Assembly (NCBI GenBank): GCA_010909165.1
Contig: VJWM01000068.1
Location: forward strand, 496,001 to 560,000
Direction of reading: 5' to 3'
DNA length: 64,000 nt
Source of the DNA: Anthoceros angustus
Taxonomy: Eukaryota > Plantae > Anthocerotophyta
A program made the position numbers and the translations under genes. Positions 12,061 to 25,639 of the stretch are shown here, in pieces (position 1 is the first letter of the stretch; every line of letters starts with the position of its first letter). The notes beneath the pieces are model-generated. The model saw only the letters and a list, made by a program, of their open reading frames with translations, did no database searches and was not told the origin of the DNA.

Positions 12061-13219
12061 AGCAAAAAGTAGGATAGATAGAGTAGTGTGTCTTAGCAAA
12101 TATAGAATTTCTGGAAGTATAATAGAATTCTCCTTGTACCATTGCAAGGACAATTGAATTCTTCTTCTTCCAAAAATACTTTGAAGAAGCAAAAATATCT
12201 AGATTACATGGATAGATAAATAGAGAACAATATAGTCCAAATTTCCTTTGTTCTTTGGCTTCATTTATTATGTATTATCTACTAGATCGTAAATTATAAA
12301 TAGAAATATTAGGTAAAAATCAGGTATTCCTTGTCTGCCATGAAGATTTTAAAGCTAATCAAACTAGTATGTAAGAGAAGTGAAATAGCATAGTTTTGCA
12401 AATGTAGTCTTTCTTACAAATCATAGAATTCCTCTTGTATTCGAACAACTGTAATTCAATTTTTTTCTTCCTCGTGACATAAAAATAACATCTCCAATGA
12501 ATCATTGCAGGCGCCTAATAACCTACCTAGTTAGTTTCTGAATATAATACGTACTGATATAAATATCAAACTTTAAAAAAATTAACTCATTTCGATATAT
12601 TTATTCTGCTGTCTCGTAAAACGACTAAACTTCACGAATTCAATAAGGACTACTAAGGACTACTAGTGTGTTACAAGACAATGCCATGGATAAGTGAGAC
12701 ACGTAGTCCCCACCGGCAAAAGTGATTGTCATTCACAGTACCTTCCCAAGGAGCGTTGTACCGCGCGATGATATACTCGTCGTCCCCGAGAGGCGGCCCA
12801 CTTTGAGCCCTTCAAGGAATCCGCCAGCGCGTTTGCATCATCTGCGAGCCCTGAGAAGCGTCTCACTGCGAAGCACTGCGTCTCCCACCTCTCGACCCCG
12901 AGGTGAAGCTCGGCCGTGGAGCAAAGTGATCCGACCGGAAGTCCCTAGGAACAAGAAGCGGATTGTGAATGCCGTGGTGGCTTGATCCCGTCGGGCACCG
13001 CCATCGGCGGTATCGCCGCGATCTCTCCCTGGATGTACCGCATCACCGAAATGCGCTATCTAAACAATGTTGTCAGGATGCAAAGCAGACAGCGATGAAG
13101 AGCTTAGCTCAGCAGAGGATGAGGATTGTCAGGTTGCTCAATTTTCCATTCCAAGGGAGGAGGCCCGCACGAATGTCCAAGGCCGCGGTTGATAGCCACA
13201 CGGAGTCCTAGTATCGCCG

Positions 13220-13576
13220 TGTTAGAAGTGATTTATTACAACATATCAAAATATGTTATGAAGAGTGCCCTAAAAGCAGGTTATGAAGAGTGCCCTAAAA
13301 ATAACATACTTGAAAGTCATGCATCTTCTAGAAAGTATCTTCTAGAAAGTCCAAAAGTAAAGGGCAAGGTCAAGTAACCAATAGGATTCAAGGTCAAGTG
13401 ACCAGGGATCCAAGGCTAGGACTATATAAGGCCAAGCCCACCTACTTGTAAGGTGTGGTGTGTGCAAGTGTTCTTGTGTGCTTGTGTGCTAGTATCTAGT
13501 GTGCCTAGTGCATATAACCCATATTGTATGGGAGTGTTGTGTTCCTCTCTATAAAGGCTCAGCTCTTTTCCTAACA
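13220..13576 (+). repeat. 5' LTR
   Basis: TGTTAGAAGTG...TTTTCCTAACA followed by the PBS. Confidence 0.95.
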
Positions 13577-13588
13577 TGGTATCGAGCC
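13577..13588 (+). promoter_or_regulatory. Primer-binding site (initiator tRNA-Met type)
   Basis: TGGTATCGAGCC, one base short of the canonical TGGTATCAGAGC. Confidence 0.85.
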
Positions 13589-13787
13589 ATGTTCAAGAGC
13601 CTTGTAGAATGCTCTTTGCATTGGTACTTGAATCAAGTCCTATTGCATAGTTCTTAGCCTAGAGCTTGTGAGAACTTGTGCAATTCAACTTGAGCTTGTG
13701 AACTTGTTGGAAGGTCTTGATACTAATCTTGTAGTGCATGTGAGTGAGGTGCTTTGGTCTTCAAGATCAATTGTAGGAAAACTAGGC

Positions 13788-16700
13788 ATGGCGTCAACAA
13801 GCATGGAGACACGTCTAGTGGAGAAGTTTGGAGGCACAAACTTCACATTGTGGAAGTTGAAGCTGAAGATGCTTCTCATCGATCGAGGACTATGGAAGTT
13901 TGTCGACAATGGCCTCGGAGAAACACCCACCGAAGTGGACACTGAGAAAGATGGACGGCGCGGCGATTCTCCTCAATGTGTCTGATGACATACTCTCTCA
14001 ATTAAGTGAGTGTGCAATATCAAAAGCGGCGTGGACGACCCTCTGCAACACGTATGAGAAGAAGAGCTTGGTGAATGAGATGTTGTTGGAGCAACAATTT
14101 GCCAACTTCAAGATGGTCGAGGATGACACCATTCAACAACGCGTCAACAAGTTGAAGAACTTGGTGGATCAAATGCAAGTGGCGGACGTCACACCTTCTG
14201 AAAGAAAGGTTATCATGGTGTTACTGAGTAGCCTACCATTCGCATACAAGCAATTTGTGTTGGCCTTCAGAACGGCAGTAGCGATGCGTCTAAGCGACAA
14301 ACCACCAACGTTGGATGAGGTGGTTGGGTTGCTCCTACAAGAGGAGCTGGAGAATTCCTTCAAGAAGAAGAGAATGGAGACTCGGTGCTCTTCTCAAAGA
14401 AGGAACAACACGTGGGAAGACTTCACAAGCCAACTCAAGAAGGATCAAGGAGAAAGGTCACGAAGAAAAGGTGTGGGTGCCATTATTGCAAAAAGCCTAA
14501 TCACTATGCCAAGGATTGTAGGACAAGGTTGGGTGACTTGAAGAAGAAGGAAAGGAGTCACAAGCCAATCAAGTGAGTGAGAAGGAAGAACATCTTTTCA
14601 TGTCTCAACCGTAGAAAATGCACGACTCCCATCAAAGAAGGATGAGAGTTTGTACCTCGACTCTGGAGCATCTCAACACTTCACCTACAATCGGCCTTGG
14701 TTCTCAAGCTATGAAGAAATGCCGGCGGGGCATAAAGTGGCGCTTGGAGACAATAGGTCACACGAGATCAAAGGAAGAGGTGTGATTAAAGTTCAACTCC
14801 CTGGAGGACCATCCAAAGGTACAATCAAGGATGTGCACCATGTGCCTGGTCTTGCGAAGAATCTTCTTTCAGTAGCAAGAATCACTGACCCTGGGAATGA
14901 GATTGTGTTCAACTCGAGAGGATGTCGCATCCAACCCGAGCAACCAGAATCACCTAATGTCAAGGTGATAGCTCGAGGTGTTCGGGAAGGCAATCTCTAC
15001 AAGTTGTGTGCTTCCGTAGGTGATCAACAAGCTTGCACATTTGTGTCAAGCTCACCTAAGAGCACTGGGTCAATAGATTTGTGGCATCAACGCTTGGGGC
15101 ACACTGGAGTGGACAACATCAAGATGATGAAGAATCAACAAATGGTGACCGGCTTGGATTTGAAAGAGATTGGTGAGCAGCGATTGTGCCAAGGGTGCAT
15201 AATGGGAAAGCTTCACCAAACCAAGTTCCCAAGGATTGGAGCGCGTCGAGCGGCAAAGGCGTTGGAACTTGTACACACCGATGTGTGTGGACCAATGAAG
15301 AACCCTACCCATGGAGGAGCCCGCTACATTCTAGTGTTTGTGGATGACTTCACAAGGAGGAGTTGGACATACCTTTTGAAGGAGAAGTCCAAGTGTTCAA
15401 GACATTCAAGGAGTGGAAAGCCTTGGTGGAGAAGCGGAGAATGCCTCAAGACTAGGAGTGACAATGGAGGAGAATACATCTCTTCTCAATTCAAAAGCTT
15501 TTGCAAGGAGCATGGCATTCGGAGGCAACTAACAATTCCTCACACACGGAGCAAAATGGAGTGGCGGAGCGCAAGCTAAGGAGCCTAGTGGAGGCCAAGT
15601 GCATGCTCCATCAAAGTGGGTTGGAGGCTTTTGGGAGAGGCTCTGACAACTCATGTTTTGAATAGAGTTCCAACCAAGGTACTGGAATGACCGAGGAGGC
15701 ATGGTGCAGTGTCAAACCTAACGTGAGTCATTTTAGGATCTTTGGTTCGAGGTTTATGCTCATGTTCCAAAGCAAAACCGAACCAAGTGGGATCCTAAAG
15801 GCATCCAGTGCATCATGCTTGGGTATTGATGAGGTAAAGGGGTATAGATTATACAACCCTACAACCAAGAAAATCATTTTCGAGGGATGTTGTTTTCATG
15901 AGGTTGTGGAACCTAACAAAGGAGTGGGAGCAACGCAAGTTGTCATCAAGAGTTGAAGGAGCGTGAAGAAGCACAAGACTTGGTTCTTGAGCAACCTACT
16001 CTTGAGCATGCTCAACCTTTCCAGCATGAGCAACCTCTACCACAAGGTGATATAGAAGGTGGAGAAGCTCCGGATATCGAGGATGATGAAGAGGAGCGAG
16101 ATCAAGAATCCAAGAGGCCGACCCGGATCGAGAGATCATCAAGGCGATGGAAACCTTCAGAAAATTTTGGAGTCCATGAATGCATGCAAGTACGAAGAGG
16201 CTATGTTGGCGGATCTTGAGCCGCATAAAGCTTGAAGGAAGCCTTGGAAGGGCCAAAGGCGAAGGAGTGGAAAGAAGCCACGGATAGTGAGTATAACTCA
16301 CTTATCAAGAACAAGACTTGGGAAATCACTCCTCTACCCCAAGGAAGGAAGTGCATAGGATCCAAATGGGTGTTCAAGATCAAGCACAACGATGGGAGCA
16401 TAGAGCGATACAAAGCAAGGCTGGTGGGAAGGGATATACACAAGTGCCAGGTATTGACTACACCGACACTTTCTCCCTGTTGCTAAGATAACATCCATTC
16501 GTATACTCTTAGCAATAGCAGCTACCATGGATCTGGAGATACATCACATGGATGTCCAAACTGCTTCTCAATGGAGATTGGAAGAAGAGATCTACATGAA
16601 CCAACGGAAGGGTATGAAGTGCGGCGGAAAGTGAGGTATGTAAATTGCTAAAGGCACTCTATGGTCTTAAGCAATGCACTTACACATGTTAAGATTGACA

Positions 16701-17742
16701 AGTTCTTCCAAGCTAGAGGTTTCAAGAAAACCAATGGAGATTGGAACATCTATGTGAAGAGAGTGGGAGAGTCCATGATGATCATTGCTGTCTATGTGGA
16801 TGATCTAATCCTTGTTTGCAATGATTTGGGACTCTTAGACAGTACCAAGAAGAGTCTCAATGATAGTTTTGATATGAGGGATCTATGTGAACTTCATTAC
16901 TTTCTAGGGATAGAAGTAATGAGAGATAGGGCTAACAAGAAGATCTCTTTGAGCCAAAGGACATATGTTGAGAATGTCCTGAAGCGCTTTGGAATGCAAG
17001 AGTGCAAGCCTGTGAAGACACCAATGGTGCTTAATGAGAAGCTCTCAAAGGAGATGAGTCCTACAATCAAGAAGAGAAGGAGAAGGTAGATAAAACTCTC
17101 TATCGGTGTCGTTGGATGCCTCACCTATTTATCTACAGGACAAGGCCGACATTGCGAGGCGTGGAGTTGCAAGTCAATTTATGGCTAACTCGGACAATGA
17201 GCTTTCAAGCCGTGAAGAGGATAATGAGGTACTTGAGTGGTACAAAGCATTGGAATTTGGTGTATCAGGAGCATCGAGGAAGTCCGAGTGGTAGGATATT
17301 GTGATTGACCGGGCGAGATGTTGATAGTCGCAAGTCTACGATTGGATATGCGCTTATGCCGAATGGGGAGCCATTTCATGGAATAGTAGGAGACAACCCA
17401 TCGTGGCTCTATCCTCTGAAGGAATATATGGCAACATGCTCTGCGGTCATGGAGGCGATATGGTTGCGTAACTTGCTAGAGGAGATGGGATTCAAGCAGA
17501 AGGAAGCAACAACAATCTTCAACGACAATCAAGGTTGCATCTTCTTAGCCAAGAATGCAACTTTTCATGCTAGAACCAAGCACATCGAAGTGAAACATCA
17601 CTTTATAAGAGAGAAGGTAAAGTCAAAAGAGGTAAAGCTAGAGTATTGTCCAACAGGAGACATGCCGGCAGATATTTTGACCAAAGCCTTGACTTTAGAA
17701 AAACATGCTAGGTTTAGCAAGATGCTAGGCCTAAGGGAATAA
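13788..17742 (+). pseudogene. copia gag-pol polyprotein, many frameshifts
   Basis: Zinc knuckle CHYCKKPNHYAKDC, protease YLDSGASQH, integrase HQRLGH/CQGC/VHTDVCGP/SDNGGEY, RT YVDDL, RNase H RTKHIEVKHHFIRE. Confidence 0.95.
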
Positions 17743-17763
17743 TTTTGATATGTTGAGTGGGAG

Positions 17764-18122
17764 TGTTAGAAGTGATTTATTACAACATATCAAAATATGT
17801 TATGAAGAGTGCCCCAAAAGCAGGTTATGAAGAGTGCCCTAAAATAACAAACTTGAAAGTCATGCATCTTCTAGAAAGTATCTTCTAGAAAGTCCAAAAG
17901 TAAAGGGCAAGGTCAAGTAACCAATAGGATTCAAGGTCAAGTGACCAGTAGGATTCAAGGCTAGGACTATATAAGGCCAAGCCCACCTACTTGTAAGGTG
18001 TGGTGTGTGCAAGTGTTCTTGTGTGCTTGTGTGCTAGTATCTAGTGTGCCTAGTGCATATAACCCATATTGTATGGGAGTGTTGTGTTGCCTCTCTATAA
18101 AGGCTCAGCTCTTTTCCTAACA
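17764..18122 (+). repeat. 3' LTR
   Basis: Preceded by the PPT and followed by TSD CGCCG. Confidence 0.95.
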
Positions 18123-18389
18123 CGCCGAACCTCCAGCCCCGCCTTGTAAGCTTACCACTGTAGGAGGGAGCTTCCAGAGATGAAGCCGAGTGCACTGGAG
18201 AGAGGCAGAGCGCAGGAAGTGCACATGAAGGCGCATTTTAGCCATGAAGACATTTGGTGTGCAGGCAAGAAGCGGAGGCGGGATGTAGGAAGGTGGACAA
18301 GCACGGGTGGGGTGACAAGGCTCACGTGGCATCATGAAGTCCAAACTTTTATCCTCGGAATCAAATTTCTATGGAAAACGCCTTATTCT

Positions 18390-19860
18390 TGCGAGATGTC
18401 GCACTTTGACTCTTTCACCGGACGCCTGACGTGCTCAGCATCTCCGCCACAAGTGTGTGGACTTTGGGCATGCTCGATCCGGCCAGCTCCTTCCAAGAAA
18501 CCGCATGGTGTCTCGTCGCCTATCCGCTGCAGTCGGCATGCCCGATCGGCGTAGATGCTTGACATGAGTCCATATGCGGCGTGGTTGGGTTCCAAGGCCA
18601 AGCGGTGAAGGCTCCCTTCCTAAAGACACATTGTTATGCTTCCTGCAGCGCTTAGCACATGCCCACACGGGCAGGGTGGCATCTGTGCCAAGGTCTTCCG
18701 TCTTGTCAAGAGTCCCGGCGACAAGGTCGATCAAACAAAGCGGCGTGCTCCACAAGGGAGATGGCAAGGTCCCCGGTCATGGTTTCAAAGTACTCCACTT
18801 TGTCCACCATGCCATGGCCGATGATCGCATCACGGAAACTAATGCCGTGAATGTCACTCCATCCGGTTGCACTCGCCACACGCATTTTTCATAGCATTGC
18901 ACATGTGCTCCCAATTCCGGATTCGGGAATATGAAGCTAATAGTGCGTTCCATGCCATTAAGTTGGGGCGAAGGAGAGAGTCAAACACACTTTGAGCATC
19001 CACCATGCTTCCACATTTCCCATATGCGTGGATGAGACTAGTTGCCATCCAAAGAGTGCACTCTACCCAAAGGTCAATAATACCGTGGGTCTGCAGACAG
19101 CTTGTTCGAGCTCTGTAGTGTTGCAAGCCTTCAGATGGAAACGCAGTGGCCTCGCCGACTCACGCCTTCCACCGCATCCGGGCAAATAGTTGCAGCTTTG
19201 TCTCCATGAGCCAGCTCAACAAATGCGGCAATCATGCCACCATGACACCACATTACGCTGCGACAAGCGATCAAACACCGCCGCGGCATCCTTGATGTCG
19301 CCACACTTTGCATACGTGTTTACGGTGTACTAGCGACATCGGTGCAAGGTCAATACTTGGGCTGCATTTCCTATGCTGCCACATTTTGCATACATCGAAT
19401 CGAGAGTTACGCATAAATCCGATCGAAAACCAATTTGGAGCCGCGGCATGGACTTCTCGCCATTTTGCAAGAACTCCTCCTTCACATTTTGTCCATCAAC
19501 AACTGTATTTCCTCCTTGATCGCAAAGTCGCCACATGCTTGGAGGCACGACAAGGGTGCGGCCCAGTGAACCCCGCCTCTTGCATTCGACATGGACCGCA
19601 TCACTTGTGTTCACCGACCGGATCACCAACATACTCGACCCACCTTCTCTGGAATCATAGTATGGCTTTGCGGCTGTGGTGGTGGACTATTATCGCCATG
19701 TCGCGGAAGCTCGGAAAGCTGTGGGATCCGAGCACACGGTGGAACGTCCTCATTGAAGGATTGGTGCTCATCAGAGATGCACTGTGGCCCATACCGTGCA
19801 TTGCCACCGTATATATTCGAATAAACATCCCTAGCTATTCGGAAGAGGGGGTCCTCATTG
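18390..19860 (-). pseudogene. PLS-class pentatricopeptide repeat (PPR) gene remnant
   Basis: SLIHAYGKCGSMVDAQSVFD..AWNALLASY, DSMYAKCGSIGNAAQV, EPNHAAYGLMSSIYA (E-domain-like), spread over several frames. Confidence 0.8.
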
Positions 19861-20359
19861 CCTAGGCTGCACCAATGATGCTGCGTCGTCTGGCGCAACC
19901 TCGAAAACTTCAGCTCAAACTTGCACATCAGACGGCGTAAGGGCTGCCATTTTTCCAAAGATGGTTATTGCGCCTTAAGGCTTCTTACCCTCCACACCGT
20001 CGCCGCCTACACATCCATACGGATGGAAGTTAATGCGCCACTACTTGCGACGGTTGTGCCAGTTACGGTGCCAAAAGCCATTCTGCTTTCGCCCAACGAC
20101 GCGCCTTACCGCCATCCTCCGTCCGTGAGTCGAACCCGTTGTGTACACCAACCGCTATTCCGGTGTGGCGGCATCACGCGATAGTAAACCATGCGCCAAT
20201 TACGCTTATAATACCTAGCTTCGTGGCAATCACCATTAACCCTAATATTCATCCAAGCGATTGCCCAAATTTACGTCTGCTATGTTCAAAGTTTCCGCTT
20301 ACGCTGACCAAAGGGATTCAGATTAGGCCGATGATCTTACTTGTCAAGGGCAGCTTTGA

Positions 20360-23300
20360 TTGAGCTTAGTGTACATAGATCATACCGTGTGCAAAAATTT
20401 TGAGGAGCGGCCTCGGGATACACCATTCGTGGTGCAATTGCCTAAACCTGGACACTTCTCAGCTGCAGATTTGGAGTGGGTGTGCTCCTCTCAGAGCCAT
20501 TCGAAATGGGCACATGGGCATCAGTGGATGATTCGTGTTGCTCACATCTTGATGGACAGAGTGGTGGACTTTGTAGCTGGTATGAGCGCAAACAAAGAGC
20601 ATCCAACAAATTTCTATAAGAAGGATTCAAAGGGACCCAACAAGCTCTTGAAACCTATAACACCGTCTGTCCACACAGCCCTTTCCTACACGAGGTAGCA
20701 TCCTGATTTTTTTCCGTTGACTTTAACTGGTAGTCTTCACTTCACCTTATCTTACATGTGGCTCTCACTAAACAGGACAGTGACTTGTGGGATTTAGGGT
20801 AGCCTTACTTATACTGCCATGTGAGGAACGATGACGCTCAACGCTCGGTGTAATCGGTGTTCATATGGGCCTGAGGATTTTCGGCAATCTAGTCCTCAAG
20901 GCCTCTTAAGTGTTCAAACAGCGAAGTGCAAAATTGCGAGAGGAGAGAGTGTGAAGCATGAATGTCAAGCTAACTTTCATGTAAAGCAGTTATTGCTGTG
21001 GCCCATGGTTGCCGAGATTGGCTTGTATGAAGACAATCATACCGTGCAAAAATTTTGAGGAGCTCGGATACACCATTCGTGGTGCAATTGCCTAAACCCG
21101 ACACTTCTCACCGCAGATTTGGAGTGGGTGTGCTCCTCTGAGCCATTCGAAATGGGCACATGGGCATCCCGGATGATTCGTGTTGCTCACATCTTGATGC
21201 ACAGTGGTGGACTTTGTAGAATGGTATGAGCGCAAACAAAGAGCATCCAACAAATTTCTATAAGAAGGATTGGGACCCAACAAGCTCTTGAAACCTATAA
21301 CACCGTCATCACACCTTTCCTACACGAGGTACCATCCTGATTTTTCCGTTGACTTTAACCGTAGTCTTCACTTCACCTTATCTTACATGTGGCACTCACT
21401 AAACAGACAAAGGACTTGTGGGATTTAGGGTAGCCTTACTTATAACGCCATGTGAGGAACTGCATGCTCAACGCTCGGTGTAATCGGTGTTCATATGGGC
21501 CCGAGGATTTTCGCAATCTAGTCCTCAAGGCCTCTTAAGTGTTCAAATAAGTGCAAAATTGCGAGAGGAGAGAGTGTGAAGCATGGATGTCAAGCTAACT
21601 TTCATGTAAAGCGCTTATTGCGTGGCCCATGGTTGCCGAGATTGGCTTGTATGAAGACAATCATACCGTGCAAAAATTTTGAGGAGCTCGGATACACCAT
21701 TCGTGGTGCAATTGCCTAAACCCGACACTTCTCACCGCAGATTTGGAGTGGGTGTGCTCCTCTGAGCCATTCGAAATGGGCACATGGGCATCCCGGATGA
21801 TTCGTGTTGCTCACATCTTGATGCACAGTGGTGGACTTTGTAGAATGGTATGAGCGCAAACAAAGAGCATCCAACAAATTTCTATAAGAAGGATTGGGAC
21901 CCAACAAGCTCTTGAAACCTATAACACCGTCATCACACCTTTCCTACACGAGGTACCATCCTGATTTTTCCGTTGACTTTAACCGTAGTCTTCACTTCAC
22001 CTTATCTTACATGTGGCACTCACTAAACAGACAAAGGACTTGTGGGATTTAGGGTAGCCTTACTTATAACGCCATGTGAGGAACTGCATGCTCAACGCTC
22101 GGTGTAATCGGTGTTCATATGGGCCCGAGGATTTTCGCAATCTAGTCCTCAAGGCCTCTTAAGTGTTCAAACAGCGAAGTGCAAAATTGCGAGAGGAGAG
22201 AGTGTGAAGCATGGATGTCAAGCTAACTTTCATGTAAAGCAGTTATTGCTGTGGCCCATGGTTGCCGAGATTGGCTTGTATGAAGACAATCATACTGATT
22301 TTGGGGCTGCTATTTGTCATGGTTCCGCTTACACAGGGCTGCCTCGAGATGTTCGAGCACGCTTTCTCATGAGAAGAAGGAGGTCCTGCTTGTCCGCAAG
22401 GTGTCCGTCGATGAAATTATGCGTCGACACAAGGATCTGTGTTCATGAAGGTAAATAATTCGAGCCATACAAACACATTAGAGATGACTACATGTTACGG
22501 CAAGATGTTTTGAACATTGCTACTCAGTTGGATATAGGTGAATACAAGCTTCATGTTGATGATTGCACCTCTGTTTCCATGTGGCTTGCGCAAAATGCGT
22601 CTCTGGTATTTTACTTGGTACCTGATGACAAACCATTCTGCTTGGGAATTCAGACCTCATTCATGTTGGAGGCTATGGTACAGTATGGAAATAATAGTGT
22701 TTTAGCTATGGATGCCACATTCGGCATGAACAAGTACAAGTACAATTTGTTCACTATGATGGTGTTTGACCCTCATTTTAACGGAGTACCTGTTGCTTGG
22801 GTGATTTCCAAGGAGGCAACAATTGCCTCGATGGTTCCATGGCTCTGTCCCCGCAGTATTCAAACGTGACCCTGCATGGATTCCGAGCTCCTTCATCGTG
22901 GATGATTGCCAAGCTGAGATAACAGCTATCCAACAGGTTTGGTCACATAACATGCCGATCATATTGTGTTTGTGGCATGTTCAGTAAAGCTTGGCGACGC
23001 CAATCGCTAAGCAAGGTACGTGACATGGATGACCGGAAAGCAATTTGGGCAGAACTAGGTGGAATTATGTATGTCCAAGGTGCAACCACAGCAGCCATTT
23101 GTTTGAGCACTGCATTCTATGCCAAGTGGGAGGTCAAACAACCTGCTTACGTTTCGTATTTTAAAGCTCAGTGGGATTCCATAATGGGTTAGTACATTTT
23201 CTACGCACTTCATGTTTTTGCTCCTGTTACCTTCAGGTGAACCCCTGACAAGTGAATGATTGTTGCTGCAGAAATGTGGATCTGTAATGCTCGGCTATTC

Positions 23301-24201
23301 CCTCATGCCGGGCAGAATACTACCTCGGCAGTGGAAGCATTTCACCGCTTCTTGAAAGAACGTGTATCTTTTTCCAAAGCTACTATGCCTGCACGCAGAT
23401 TGGATTGGTTACTATACCAGCTGGTTTTTGTGGTAGCACGACATTATTGGTACCAGCACTTCACTAAAGAAGGAGGCTATGTTCGAAATAAGAAACAAGA
23501 GTTTCTAATGGGGCATGCGGTTCTACAAGCTCAGGAGATTCCACTGAACTCAGTAATTCTACCATGCCCTACAGTAGGAGGATTGCTTGGGCCGGCTCAC
23601 TGCTTGTCTTCCTCCATTGAGTCTATTTGGTATGTTATAGATCATGCAGATTCACCATGGGCAACGTGCACATGCCCTATGGGCCTGAAAGGGTTCATAT
23701 GCAAGCATATTATTAAGGTTCAGCAATTACTTGTCGTCTCCAAAGATGGAACTGCACCTGTGAAGGAGTGTGTGAAGGAGTGTACTCCTCGCTGCATATT
23801 GCCCGATGGGCAGCAACGTCTACTTTAGCAATGTCCTATTGGCTACAGGACCAGAAAACCCGGAACTTGTCATCCTCGACCGCAGTTTGGTGGCAACAAG
23901 TGCAAAGACCTCACGTTTCCAGCAAACTCAGCAGCGAAGGATGGACACAATTGAAGTAGGATGTAGGGAGATTTGTGAGGTTGCTTTCCATCACAAGGAT
24001 CTGTGTTTTGATATTGCTGCTATCATGGAACAAACCTTACATCAAATTCGGATACTTACAGCTCAGCAGAGAGAGAGACCTTGGTCACAAATGCCATTAC
24101 AAGAGCTGCCTGCGAATGAAGGTTCAAACAGTTTGCAACGGTTGAGAGGGTTTGATGAAGTGCCAAGGAAGAAGAAAAAAGTAGTGACTTGGAAACTGTG
24201 A
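20360..24201 (+). pseudogene. MULE transposase (WRKY/GCM1-type Zn finger, DDE core, SWIM)
   Basis: YGPEDF..KHGCQANF..DNH; LAMDATFGMNKYKYNLFTMMVFD..GVPVAW; FIVDDCQAEITAI; LCLWHV; TTSAVEAFHRFLK; SWIM CTCPMGLKGFICKH. Contains introns, stops and shifts. Confidence 0.88.
20379..22295 (+). repeat. Tandem triplication (657/624/629 bp) inside the MULE transposase
   Basis: Units start at ATCATAC 20379, 21036 and 21660, and end at ATCATAC 22289-22295. Confidence 0.92.
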
Positions 24202-24244
24202 CCATTGTTTCAAAGGCAGCTTTCCATAGTAGCTCTGTTGTCCT

Positions 24245-24800
24245 TGATCGAAGCCAAGTAGCCTGCATACCAGCTTGTCCGTCTCGTTGTAAGCTTTTCA
24301 TCGATGTATGATAGGGGAGCATTTGACTCTTCCGAGATGGGTAGACAAAATGTGAATTGCCTTTCAAAAGCTTCTTCGGTTCATATCTCCTTCATCTTTG
24401 ATCGAAACCAGGCGTGCTGCACACCGACGTGTCCCTCATGTTGTACGCTTTCCATCAAAGACTAAAAAGAAAGCATTTGACTCATCTGGAGAAAGCGGGT
24501 AGACAAAAAGTTGACATGCCTTTCACAGGCGTCTTTCGCTCATATCTCCGTCTTCTTTCATCGAAACCTAGCGTGCTTTATACCAGCTTGTCTGTCTTGT
24601 TGTAAGCTTTTCATTGAAGTATGATAAGAAAGCATTTGACTCATCTGGACAAAGCGGGTAGAGAAATAGGTGGCATGCCTTTCAAAGGCTTCCTTTGCTC
24701 ATATCTCTGTCACCTTTCATTGAAACCGAGCGTGCTTCACACCGGCTTGTCCGTCTTGTTGTAAGCTTTCCATCGAGGTATGATAGACAAGCAATCAACT
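24245..24800. repeat. Tandem repeat of about 157 bp, about 4 diverged copies
   Basis: CCAGCTTGTCCGTCT.GTTGTAAGCTTT.CAT variants at about 24266, 24420, 24580 and 24738. Confidence 0.8.
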
Positions 24801-25639
24801 CTTCTAGAGGAAACGGCGAGACAAAAGATGAGCGCACTCTCAAAGCCAGCGTTCCATTAGCGTTCCTTCCGCTCTCAACACATTAAGTTCATCGTAACCG
24901 GGAAACTCTACAGGCTGATAAGCGCATCGTTTATTATCGCATGATCCAAGAATGGTTCATGCATGCATGGTTTACCATCGCGTGATCGCACACTGCAAGA
25001 CCGCGTTCAACTCACAGGACGGAGGATGAGAACTGGTAAGGCCGCGTCGTTGGGCGAAACGAAATGGCGCCGTAAGGCCTGCCACAGCCCGTACCGCACG
25101 CGTCGTTGGGCGAAACGAAATGGCGCGTAAGGCTGGCGGCCGTCTGCGCGCAGGCCGTGGCGGTGCATCGGTATCGATGTGTAGGCTTCTGCTTCAACGC
25201 AACTTGCTCCACCGTTCACGACGATGACGATACGGCCCCCGGACCTTAGCTTTTTTTTCAACCCTAACCAAGAGCTCATGTGAGCCGACTACCTTACACT
25301 TGCGTCTTCCGGGTTGCGAGAAGCTGGAATTTTAAACGTATCCTTATCCTAAGAGAATAGCTACATACTTTGATTCTCGGAAGTGGAGTTTAAATTGGAC
25401 GAAATGGCATTTTTAGATAGATAATTAATAAAGTAGTTTAGTAAGATATGTGGTTAATGCTAGTGAGGATTTGCTTAGCGCTCAAGTAACTAATCTGCTG
25501 CTTCGTGGTGAAGGAAGCCAGCCTATTTAAGAGGCTAGTTCTGGGCATTTATTTCTAGCACTCTTGTGGGGGATAGGCTGGGTGGCTAATCGGTAAGCAT
25601 CGAGCCAAGGCTACTTGTTTCTCATAGAATGTGAAAATG

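Larger units (their letters stand above)
13220..18122 (+). mobile_element. Full-length Ty1/copia LTR retrotransposon
   Basis: TG..CA LTRs at 13220-13576 and 17764-18122 with only a handful of differences. TSD CGCCG on both sides, PBS TGGTATCGAGCC, PPT GTTGAGTGGGAG, gag-PR-INT-RT-RH order. Confidence 0.97.
20004..25186 (+). mobile_element. Mutator-like (MULE) DNA transposon with degenerate TIRs
   Basis: 20004-20135 (GCCTACACATCCATACGGATG; TTTCGCCCAACGACGCG..CATCCTCCGTCC) is inverted relative to 25005-25186 and encloses a transposase. Outer ends and TSD not resolved. Confidence 0.7.

Noticed and set aside
12700-13219. Possible LRR/LRRNT pseudogene split by copia (KLSNLTILIL; continues at 18123-18300)
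   Set aside because: Only one weak LRR-like motif and several assumed frameshifts are needed.
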